64,000 nt of DNA. It comes from the human T2T-CHM13v2.0 reference genome, Homo sapiens. Of the stretch, positions 43,781-64,000 are shown piece after piece; the first letter of the stretch is position 1; every line of letters begins with the position of its first letter. The position numbers and the translations under genes were made by a program. Location: assembly GCF_009914755.1 (NCBI RefSeq), contig NC_060933.1, one strand, 5' to 3'. The notes beneath the pieces are model-generated. The model saw only the letters and a program-made list of their open reading frames with translations, ran no database searches and had not been told where the DNA came from.

Positions 43781-45058
43781 GATTCCCGGACGCCTTCGGG
43801 TGTGATCTTATAGCCCGGGCAGCTGCATTTGAAACAGCGCCTCAGATGACGCTCAGGCGCACTGATGTTTGAGAAGCCCTATGAGGCCGTACCTCCCGGA
43901 GAGAATGCCACAAAACTAGTGACCTACAGGGAAACCATGCTAGAAAATTCTAAAGCAATGGTTCTTAACTCTGGCAGCACCTGCCATCCATTAGAATTAT
44001 TTGGGGAGCTTTTAGAGCATTTAGGAACCAGGGTCCCACTTCCAGAGTTCAAAGTGAACTTGATATTTTTTGTTTGTTTTGAGCTTCCCAGATAATCCTA
44101 ATACAGTATACGGCCAAGATTGAGAACAGTTTTCCTAGAATCATGTCTTCATGTCTTCCTAGCTCTGGTGTCTGGGAAAGGAAACTCCTTCCTCTGCGCC
44201 TCTCTCAAATCACAATAAAAAAACAAGTAAATACATGAACACCTAAAGGAATGCTCACAGCTGAAATTGATTTTAACCAGAACAAAGAGTCACCTTAAAA
44301 AAGGTGATCAAGATACCCTATTGCTACCTGAGCATGGAGCTTCTTAACTGCAGGAAACGTATCTTTACCAGCTAAAACCTCTTAGCTGAATTAGAAGCTG
44401 ACCATACATGACCCCTTTAGAGGAATGTTCTACTATATTCCAAAATGATATTTTTGTTATCTGCAACTGTTAAACTGTTGTAGGGTCAGACCAAAGCATT
44501 CAGAAGCTGAGGCTGTATCAGATGTCAGCCCTTGTTTTGCAGACTTAAGTTGTGTCACTTTGATCTTCTAGTGAGCTTAAATAACCATAATCGGGGACAG
44601 GTACAGGAAATTCCCTTTCTTGCCCATTTTAGCTCTCTTAGTATAGTTTACATTCTTAGACTGGTGGACTGTAACTTCTATATCATTTGCCTCTAAGGAG
44701 GGTCTCCATTAGTCTCTCATTTATCAGCAACTAATTAGCGACTCACTCAGTGATTCTTAAACACTTTATGGAACAGGTCCATATGTCTAGGTGCTAAGGC
44801 AGCTGGCTGAATGAGCTATATTTTAATTGAAGATGAATTAGTCCTTTTCGTTAGATTCTTTATGACAAAAGTTGAAAATTTTAAGATGCAGTTTTATATA
44901 TATCTATATACATAATTTACATTCCTTATAAAAAAGCTAATCAGTTGCTGGCCCTGAAAATTCAATTGGATGGGTTTTGATTAAACAATGTGCAAGGGGC
45001 TACAGTGGTTGGTTGAAGGAAGCATCCATGTTTTGCCTGTTAAGCATCCTTTCCTTAA

Positions 45059-47110
<2,052 letters not shown>

Positions 47111-47113
47111 TTC

Positions 47114-47322
47114 TTTTCTCTAGCTTACCTTATTGTAAGAATACAGTTTATAATACATATAACATGCAAAATATGTGTTAACTGTTTATGTTATCAGTAA
47201 GGCTACCAGTCAACAGTAGGCTAACAGTAGTTAAGTTTTGGGGGAATCAAAGTTAAATGCAGATTTCCAACTGTGCAGAGATGGGGGTGTCCCTAACCCG
47301 TAGATTGTTCAAGGGTAAACTG
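47114..47322 (+). mobile_element. Tigger1-like terminal fragment
   Basis: ttgtaagaatacag...ttgttcaagggtaaactg terminus. Confidence 0.65.
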
Positions 47323-47473
47323 CATGAAATAAATTGAATTGAACAGACTAAAAAGTATTTGCTGTAAATATCTTGCTGTGTTTGCTTTCAGTATCCATTA
47401 TTTCCTTTCTCAGGTACCAACATCATCATTTTTTGGAGAACTATTTCTCCCTGACTTTTCAATCCTAAATATC

Positions 47474-47883
47474 TGTCATAAGCTGAACAGTTGCCCCCTG
47501 CCAAAGATATATCCATGCTCTAATCCCCAGAACCTTTAAATATTATCTTATATGGCAAAGTATGTAATTAGGTTAAGGATCATGAGAGGGGGCTCTTATC
47601 CTGGATTATCTGGGTAGGCTATGAATAAACCGTAAGTGTCCTTATAATGGAAAGGAAATGGGAGTTTTGAGACAGAAAATAGAAGGCAAATGTGACTACG
47701 GAGGGCAGAGACTGGAGTATGGGGCCACAAGCCAAGGATGTCTTCGGCCACGGGAAGCTGGAACGGTTTCCCTGCTATAGCCTTTGGAAGAACACCTCCA
47801 GAACTATGAGGGAATAAAATTTCAATTGTTTTACGCCATCCAGGTTGGGTAATTCGTTATAACAGCCATAAGAAATTGTTACA
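47474..47883 (+). mobile_element. MLT1D-like LTR
   Basis: ctaatccccagaacct...tatcctggattatctgggt...ccagaactatgagggaataaaa. Confidence 0.65.
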
Positions 47884-49018
47884 ATGTCCAATTCTATAGG
47901 CTATAGTAATTGGTTCAGGGAGAGGCACATGACCCAATTAGTCCAGTAAGACTCCATTATAGGACAATCCCTGGAACTACTGAGACAGAAAAGTTATCTT
48001 TTCCTATGAAGGCAGCCCATATTGGGAGAATATAGGCCTCAAGCTGTTTATGGCCATCACGGAGAGACCTGGGCCTTATATGTGGAGAAAGATAGAGACA
48101 AATACCTAGTGTTGATTATGTCATTTGAACTTCTGGATCAAGCCATATCTGAAGCTAGGTCTATCCCTGGACTTAGCAGTTTTATCAGCCAATTAACTTC
48201 TCATTTTACTTAGGCCAGTAATGAAATGGGTTTCTGTCACAAGCAGGCAAAATAATCCTGACTAATAGAGTCTTAGAATCCTTTTGTTACCTGGTAGGTT
48301 TGCCAGTTAAATATGAACTTCAGATTAACAACAAATAATTGTTTTAGTACAAGTATTTCCCAAATGTACCATGGGACAGATACTAAAAAAATTATGTGTT
48401 GTTTTTCTGAAATTCAGATTTAACCGGGTATCCTGTTTGGTTTTTGCCATTGTTTTGTTTTTGCTCTCTGGAAATCCTGTGTTGGAAGAAGGTTTTTTAC
48501 TGATTATTCCAAACCTTTGAAAGGTCAGGTTGTTGTAGTACAAAGGAAAGTAGAAATTCCTGGACGTTGATCCATCCTCATTCTAGAGTAGATGGCTCTT
48601 GTAATTTTAAGCATTCAAGTAACTGCCTTCAGTCTTCTGTATTGATTGGGGTTGTAAAACAGTGTGATTGTACCTCCATGGTGTCATGAACCTGGATGTG
48701 ATTTGGAATTGAGAAGGACATATTAGTTTGTAAAAGCTTCCCATCGCTTAGTAAAGAGGTGCCGTAGTGTATTGTGAGACCTGTAACATCTTTTGACTGA
48801 TGCTCTTACAGAGCTGCCTTCACCATTTGCTCTTCTTGGTGTGGGGTACACGTTAGAGACAGGTCCAAATGCCAAGGACTGCAGAGGAACCAGCCAGAGG
48901 GGCAGGGCAGAGCTGCGTGCAATGCCTGTCAGTTTCCTTGAGCAAGTAGGAAGGAAAAGGACCATGCTGGAGGGTATCCTGTTACATGGGGACCAATTTG
49001 AAGATGTGAGGTCTGGTA

Positions 49019-49125
49019 TATATTAGGTTGGTGCAAAAGTAATGGCAAAAGCCACAATTACTTTTTTTAGGTTGATGCAAAAATAATTGGGGCTCTTGCC
49101 ATTACTTTTGCACCAAGCTAATATA
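49019..49125. mobile_element. Rearranged MADE1 (Hsmar1 MITE) palindrome
   Basis: ttaggttggtgcaaaagtaat...attacttttgcaccaagctaa, with TA flanks. Confidence 0.85.
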
Positions 49126-49468
49126 AGGTAACACCCTGGTCCAGTGTATATGGGAAAGGTGTGTGTTTGTGCATCAAGATGAAGTTGTACAAAAAATGTT
49201 CTTCTACTTTACTAATGCTTGCATGCCTTTTGTTCTCAGAATACTCCCTCAGCTCCTTCAAAAGGCTTCTGAAGTAGGTTAGCTTTTTGACCTTGAGGCT
49301 TATAACGGTGGAATGAGAGATTCCATAGTTTATTTTAACTGTGCAGCAATATTAAGAATACTTGTAAACTTACAAACTTAAGAAGTTGCCTGGCTCAATG
49401 ATTCTTCTACTATAGCTTATTTTTAAATGACTTTTGAGAAAGGAGGATACTTATTTAAAATAGTTTGG

Positions 49469-50611
<1,143 letters not shown>

Positions 50612-50799
50612 GTGAACCAAGGCATCCACCAAGGGTGACATGGTGAGGTCACATCTATGTGGGTTTTGAAATGAGTCATGCCCAGTATTAGTCATCAGAA
50701 AGAAAGAACATAGAACATCTAAGGTAGGTGGGAGAGAGGGCCAGTCCTGCTTTCTTGGTCTACAGCAGTGGTTGTGTCACTATGTTAGGTGTTAAAAGA

Positions 50800-53032
50800 C
50801 AAACACAGAAAAACAAATATCACATGTTCTCACTTAAATGTGGGGGCTAAAAAAAAGTGGATCTTATGAAGGTAGAGAGTAGATTGGTGATCACCCGAGG
50901 CTGGGAAGGGTGGAGGGGAGGATGAAGAGAGGTTGACTAATACAGTTCAACTACACGGTTTGACAGAAGAACTAAGAACTAGTAATTGATAGACCAGTAG
51001 GGTGACTACAGTTTACAGTAGTTTATTGTATGTTTCAAATAGCTAGAAGACAATAATTTGAATGTGTTCCTAGCACAAAGAGAAGACAAATATTTAATGT
51101 GATAGATATTCTAATCACACTGATTTAATCTTTAGAAATATATGAATGTTCAACTACACGGTTTGACAGAAGAACTAAGAACTAGTAATTGATAGACCAG
51201 TAGGGTGACTACAGTTTACAGTAGTTTATTGTATATTTCAAATAGCTAGAAGACAATAATTTGAATGTGTTCCTAGCACAAAGAGAAGACAAATATTTAA
51301 TGTGATAGATATTCTAATCACACTGATTTAATCTTTAGAAATATATGAATGTTCAACTACACGGTTTGACAGAAGAACTAAGAACTAGTAATTGATAGAC
51401 CAGTAGGGTGACTACAGTTTACAGTAGTTTATTGTATATTTCAAATAGCTAGAAGACAATAATTTGAATGTGTTCCTAGCACAAAGAGAAGACAAATATT
51501 TAATGTGATAGATATTCTAATCACACTGATTTAATCTTTAGAAATATATGAATGTTCAACTACATGGTTTGACAGAAGAACTAAGAACTAGTAATTGATA
51601 GACCAGTAGGGTGACTACAGTTTACAGTAGTTTATTGTATATTTCAAATAGCTAGAAGACAATAATTTGAATGTGTTCCTAGCACAAAGAGAAGACAAAT
51701 ATTTAATGTGATAGATATTCTAATCACACTGATTTAATCTTTAGAAATATATGAATGTTCAACTACACGGTTTGACAGAAGAACTAAGAACTAGTAATTG
51801 ATAGACCAGTAGGGTGACTACAGTTTACAGTAGTTTATTGTATATTTCAAATAGCTAGAAGACAATAATTTGAATGTGTTCCTAGCACAAAGAGAAGACA
51901 AATATTTAATGTGATAGATATTCTAATCACACTGATTTAATCTTTAGAAATATATGAATGTTCAACTACATGGTTTGACAGAAGAACTAAGAACTAGTAA
52001 TTGATAGACCAGTAGGGTGACTACAGTTTACAGTAGTTTATTGTATATTTCAAATAGCTAGAAGACAATAATTTGAATGTGTTCCTAGCACAAAGAGAAG
52101 ACAAATATTTAATGTGATAGATATTCTAATCACACTGATTTAATCTTTAGAAATATATGAATGTTCAACTACATGGTTTGACAGAAGAACTAAGAACTAG
52201 TAATTGATAGACCAGTAGGGTGACTACAGTTTACAGTAGTTTATTGTATATTTCAAATAGCTAGAAGACAATAATTTGAATGTGTTCCTAGCACAAAGAG
52301 AAGACAAATATTTAATGTGATAGATATTCTAATCACACTGATTTAATCTTTAGAAATATATGAATGTTCAACTACACGGTTTGACAGAAGAACTAAGAAC
52401 TAGTAATTGATAGACCAGTAGGGTGACTACAGTTTACAGTAGTTTATTGTATATTTCAAATAGCTAGAAGACAATAATTTGAATGTGTTCCTAGCACAAA
52501 GAGAAGACAAATATTTAATGTGATAGATATTCTAATCACACTGATTTAATCTTTAGAAATATATGAATGTTCAAATACATGGTTTGATAGAAGAACTAAG
52601 AACTAGTAATTGATAGACCAGTAGGGTGACTACAGTTTACAGTAGTTTATTGTATATTTCAAATAGCTAGAAGACAATAATTTGAATGTGTTCCTAGCAC
52701 AAAGAAAAGACAAATATTTAATGTGATAGATATTCTAATCACACTGATTTAATCTTTAGAAATATATGAATGTTCAAATACATGGTTTGATAGAAGAACT
52801 AAGAACTAGTAATTGATAGACCAGTAGGGTGACTACAGTTTACAGTAGTTTATTGTATATTTCAAATAGCTAGAAGACAATAATTTGAATGTGTTCCTAG
52901 CACAAAGACAAATATTTAATGTGATAGATATTCTAATCACACTGATTTAATCTTTAGAAATATATGAATGTATTAAATTATCACATGTACCCTGAAAAAT
53001 GTACATTTATTATGTATCAAAAAAAATTAAAA
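50800..53032 (+). mobile_element. L1MA-type 3' end hosting the tandem array
   Basis: Left flank cacatgttctcacttaaatgtgggggctaaaa, right flank tatcacatgtaccctgaaaaatgtac plus A-tail. The unit itself resembles L1MA 3'UTR. Confidence 0.8.
50945..52969 (+). repeat. Tandem array, 10 copies of a 203-bp unit (last copy 198 bp)
   Basis: Units start at 50945, 51148, 51351, 51554, 51757, 51960, 52163, 52366, 52569 and 52772, and differ at only a few positions. Confidence 0.97.
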
Positions 53033-53148
53033 ACAGACCAGTATTGTATAATACACACATACACACTCACACACACATACACAAAGCAGTGGTTTCCAAC
53101 TGAGGGTGATATTGTGTACCTAGAGAGCATTTGGAAATTTGGGGAGAC

Positions 53149-55055
<1,907 letters not shown>

Positions 55056-55119
55056 CCTAGTATCTTAGTAAAGCTGGAGTTTCAATGGTCCAGACTTCAC
55101 TAAGGAGGGCAAGGGGAAA

Positions 55120-55702
55120 GTTGTGACTTGCTTTGGCCCCAAAACTCTTGGACACTCCTTCCATTGAGACTGGAGTCTGTGTCTCTTCCCCATGAATCTG
55201 GGTGGGAGCTTATGACTACTCCAATAGATGGACTACGGCAGATCTGAGGCCGAGGCTGGGTCACGAATCTGGGTGAGGGCTTATGACTACTCCAACAGAT
55301 GAACTACAACAGATCTGAGGCCGAGGCTGGGTCATAAAAGGTAGCACAGCCTCCTCCTGGCTATCTCTTGGGAGGTTCCTGTTGCTGTGAGGAGACACCA
55401 TGCTGTAAGGGAGCCCAGGCCACATGCAGAGGCCACGTGTAGTCGTCTGTCCACGAACCACAACTGTGGTCTCAGCCAACAGCTAGCATCACCTGCCAGA
55501 CACGGAGACCTGTCAGCTCTGGAGTCACCACCCCCTGCCACTGAGTTTTCCATCTGACTGCAACTGCAGCAGATACCCTGAGCCAGAAGGGCCTGCTGCA
55601 CTAGTCAGCACTCAGAACCAGAGGGAGGATAAGAAAATGACTGTTGTTTGAAGCCACTGGATATTGTGATGGTTTGTTATGCAGCAATGGATAACCAGAG
55701 CA
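55120..55702 (+). mobile_element. MLT1F/G-like LTR with an internal 71-bp tandem duplication
   Basis: gacactccttccattgag...gtttgttatgcagcaatggataaccagagca. Confidence 0.65.
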
Positions 55703-56009
55703 GCCAGCAGGGCATTGATACTTTGGTAATTAGTTTTCGAGCACATTCCTGAGGGCAGTGAGTGGAAATCAGTCAGAAGGAGAGACGTCAGGGACACAGT
55801 GAATCAGGGGCCAAGGGGGAGGATGGAGATTGTGGGGGGCAGGAGGAGGTTGCATGGAAAGAGATGTAGCTATTTTCTTTGCCAAGGGCATCTTCCACCA
55901 CCCACCTTGTTTTTCACATCGAATTTCTAAAAGAAACCACACTATGAGAACAAAAAAAATGGGGGGAATCAGGGAGCCAAAGCAAAGCGGGGAAAAAAAA
56001 GTTGTGTTA

Positions 56010-57655
<1,646 letters not shown>

Positions 57656-58485
57656 GAAAAATTTAAAATATTAATTTATTTAAAAGAGATACATCCATTA
57701 CATGTTAACATAAATAATGTAATGCAACCCACAATGTGTGCAGGGATCATCTAGCCCTCTTTGCATTACCCTGCCAGAAATGGGGCTCAGAGAACGAGCA
57801 CAAATGCTGATATTCTGGATACTGCTGTTGCTGTAGCAAACAGTCTTTTACGTCTGACCCAGGAGTCTCATGTCTTCTATCAGCATCCCTGAAACTGTCT
57901 CATGCTAATTTGTTACCCTTCCTGGTAGGGTAAAATCTCAGACGCTTCACAGTTCTTGATATAACACCTAACTGAAATTTAGCATTTCCTTCCATTTTAA
58001 TGTAGGCAGCTGACCTTTTTCACAGTACTCATAACTTTGCAACCAATAGAAAACACAGGTATTTTCATAGCACTTTAGATTTGTGGCACATGTTTCAAAA
58101 TAACACTTATGCATGTCAACAATTTGAAATAAAAAACTTAACCTTATTAATAATGTGTTAATAAAGAAGCACATATATTACGATATCACACATTTTTTTT
58201 TAATATATTGGCAATTTGTCTTTTAATATGACTGGTTTCCTTTTTATTTTTATGCATTTAAAATGAAGGGGCCTATAGACTCCACCAGCCTGCAAAAAGT
58301 AGCTTCAAATAAGCCCCTGATCTAGGCAGTCTGTGTGCATTGCATAAGGGCATGGATAGCACAGGGGAAAAACAGAAAGAAAAACAGGTTCATTTATTGG
58401 TCTTTGAATTTTAAAAGCCGCAGTGCCAGAGGCGTGAGGGGGAAATGGAGGGATGCATACAGTTAGAAAAAGATTTGGAAGAAAT

Positions 58486-59108
58486 AGGAACACTTTTACA
58501 CTGTTGGTGGGACTGTAAACTAGTTCAACCATTGTGGAAGTCAGTGTGGCGATTCCTCAAGGATCTGGAACTAGAAATACCATTTGAACCAGCCATCCCA
58601 TTACTGGGTATATACCCAAAGGATTATAAATCATGCTGCTATAAAGACACATGCACATGTATGTTTATTGCGGCACTATTCACAATAGCAAAGACTTGGA
58701 ACCAACCTAAATGTCCCTCAATGATAGACTGGATTAAGAAAATGTGGCACATATACACCATGGAATACTATGCAGCCATAAAAAAGGATGAGTTCGTGTC
58801 CTTTGTAGGGATATGAATGAAGCTGGAAATCATCATTCTCAGCAAACTATTGCAAGGACACAAAACCAAACACCGCAGGTTCTCACTCATAGGTGGGAAT
58901 TGAACAATGAGAACACTTGGACACAGGAAGGGGAACACACCAGGGCCTGTTGTGGGGTGGGGGGAGCGGGGAGGGATAGCATTAGGAGATATACCTAATG
59001 TAAATGACGAGTTAACGGGTGCAGCACACCAACATGGCACATATATACATATGTAACAAACCTGCACCTTGTGCACATGTACCCTAAAACTTAAAGTATA
59101 AAAAAAAA
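58486..59108 (+). mobile_element. 5'-truncated L1PA (PA3-PA5-like) with 19-bp TSD
   Basis: ORF2 C-terminus (LEIPFEPAIPLLGIYPKDYKSCCYK), 3'UTR and A-tail. TSD aaaaagatttggaagaaat at 58467-58485 and 59105-59123. Confidence 0.93.
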
Positions 59109-59896
59109 AGATTTGGAAGAAATGCCTTGAAAGAATTCTAATCAAGACCAGCCAGCGGGAAAATCGAGACCACTCCCACCCCCCTACAAAACATTAGCTG
59201 GGCTTGGTGGCACACACCTGTAGTCTCAGCTGCTCCGGAGACTGGGGTGGGAGGATCCCTCGAGCCCGGCGTTGGAGGCTGCAGTGACTCTAGAAAGGAT
59301 TCCCTGGGTTAGGGAGAGGACTGGACACAGATCTTGTCAAGGCCTCCTCAGGGCCTGCGGCCCACCTTGTCACCATCTGAGTGGCCCCTGTGCTCGCCAA
59401 AACCACAGAACCTCTGTTTTCCCTCTCAGTATGGGTTACTTCCCTCTGCAGCCAAAAGGCCCCATGCACTGCGAAGGAGGATCATGCCAGTATCAGCCAC
59501 CAAATTGTGTTTGGTCTCAAACAGCTCACTTCTCCCCGCTTTCCACAACCCCGGGTGCAGGGTGCTCTAAGCCCTTAGAGGGGTGATGATTGCCGAATAG
59601 AGGGTCCTCCCGACCTGTATACTGAGTCACTGCCATTTTGGGTGGGATTAGACAGAACCATCTCTAGATTTTCCTCTGCAATGAAAGAAAAACTCACTTC
59701 TGTCACACATAGGAGAGGAAAGTGATCTGGAGGCACGCAGTAATTTGATCAAGGGATACCATTCTCTATTTTTAATATCTATGAGCTCAGAAAGGGTTGC
59801 TCCTTTAGTGGCCTGAGGAAGCTGCCATCTGAGTCGTAGTGTGTGGGAGCTGCGCTGCCAGCCCCTCCGTGCTGCAGATTTCAGCGGCGTGCTCTC

Positions 59897-59910
59897 GTTG
59901 CTATGGTAAT
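59897..59910. promoter_or_regulatory. RFX X-box-like motif
   Basis: GTTGCTATGGTAAT against consensus GTTGCCATGGCAAC, in a locally CpG-retaining patch. Confidence 0.4.
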
Positions 59911-60146
59911 GAGCCGGGGAAGATTTTCAGGCTACCCAGGAAGAGCAGCCTTCTTACAAGAAAGGATCCATCAGGGATGCAGTTTGAAATTTGGGAACAG
60001 TCAGAGAAGAGGGACATGGAGTTTGAATTAAGGATGGAAAGAACACAAGAGTGGAGCCAGCCTAACCCGTGGAGGAGCTGGGGGGAGCAGAGGGGACAGT
60101 TTTGGGAGGCTGGGCCTGGTGGATCCTACCCTCACTGCCTTCCTGA

Positions 60147-61780
<1,634 letters not shown>

Positions 61781-62554
61781 AGAGAGAAAGAGAGAAAGAG
61801 AGAGAAAGAGAGAGACAGAGAGGGAGGGAGGGAGAGAGGGAGGGAGGGGCGGAGGGAAGGAAAATAGATAAATGTATTTGTAGAAATCATTTAGAAAAAT
61901 GGGAGTTTGAAGCCTATTCCACAGGTTCCTTGTTTATCCCAAGAGTTTGGTTTTAACCAGCCTTACCATTTTTACAATTTGCATTATTATCATTTAGAGA
62001 TAAGTAATCATTGAAATGTTGTTTTCCAACTAGTTAAGGAAATCTTGTAATTCTTTATCTGGATTAGCTGTAGTGATAACCAATGAAGACAAAAACTAAA
62101 AGGTAAGAAAGAAACAGACAAGGAAGAAAGGAAAAATGAGGTCAAAATCAAGGTTCATATCCCCATAATCCCTTTCTTAATCATCAATGACAAAATAAGT
62201 TAAAAAATTAGACAAGGAAGTCTATCAATGGCAGCAGCGGCGTCTCTTCCGTCCCTCTCTAGTTCTCAGCCCAGTGCCTGTGTAGTTTGCTGTCACATCC
62301 TGGAAGGGTTGGATAAATGATGAAAGCATAGCCATGTCTACATCCAGGGGCACTGCACGTAATAAGAAACTAAAGGCTCAAACTGAAGGAATGAAGATCT
62401 AACTTGGAATTTGGGGGGCATCCTGGGGGAAGAAGTGTGGAGGTAAGAGCCTCGTGATGAGTAGAAACCTACAGACTAGGTGGTTCCATCCAGATTAAGA
62501 GGAGACCACAGGCCTCCTGCGTAGACCCCTCTGAGTGGGCTTCCTGTTTTACAA

Positions 62555-63780
<1,226 letters not shown>

Positions 63781-64000
63781 AATACAGAGAATGAGAAGAA
63801 ATGGTTAATAAACACACCAGCAGTCACTGTGTGCTCTGTGTTGTCCTGTGTGCCTCCTAAGCACATGCTGTTGAAATCTCCCAGCTCATTTCCTTCGACA
63901 ATTTCAATAGTGCCTGTACCTGTTGTAGATTTTGAGCTAAAATTAGGTTTGTAGTCATCCAATTTGAGAATAACATGTCTTCAGTGGGAAATTTGAAACA

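Larger units (their letters stand above)
42430..43900. promoter_or_regulatory. CpG island / GOLM1 promoter
   Basis: Very GC- and CpG-rich, with GC boxes (e.g. ccccgcccc at ~43212 and ccgcccc at ~43339 and ~43519). Confidence 0.93.

Noticed and set aside
50945-52969. CRISPR-like array or repeat-encoded protein
   Set aside because: Units are contiguous with no unique spacers, are L1-derived, have a period not divisible by 3 and contain no ORF. The context is eukaryotic.

Overview
Primate (very likely human, chr9q21.33) genomic DNA holding the 5' half of GOLM1 (GP73/GOLPH2) on the minus strand. It contains a CpG-island promoter (~42.4-43.9 kb), two candidate alternative non-coding first exons (donors at 43045 and 43659), coding exon 2 (22842-22991) and coding exon 3 (21062-21241, GC donor). 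No further GOLM1 exon is recognisable, so the next intron runs off the left edge. The rest is repeat-rich intron and upstream DNA: about 40 Alus, a near-full-length L1PA with an internal deletion, a 5'-truncated L1PA, MaLR/ERV LTRs and DNA transposons. Best leads: (1) exons 2+3 form a 330-nt, stop-free, frame-preserving unit flanked by inverted Alus and long introns, a candidate rolling-circle-translated circRNA; (2) a 10x203-bp nearly homogeneous tandem array amplified from an old L1MA 3' end ~8 kb upstream of the promoter; (3) a ~600-bp MIR-bearing foreign segment inserted, with a target-site duplication (TSD), into a younger MER58B; (4) reiterated inverted copies of target-site DNA at an Alu 5' junction; (5) a rearranged MADE1 forming a miR-548-like hairpin. 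Repeat family calls come from recalled consensus sequences, not a search, and their boundaries are approximate.
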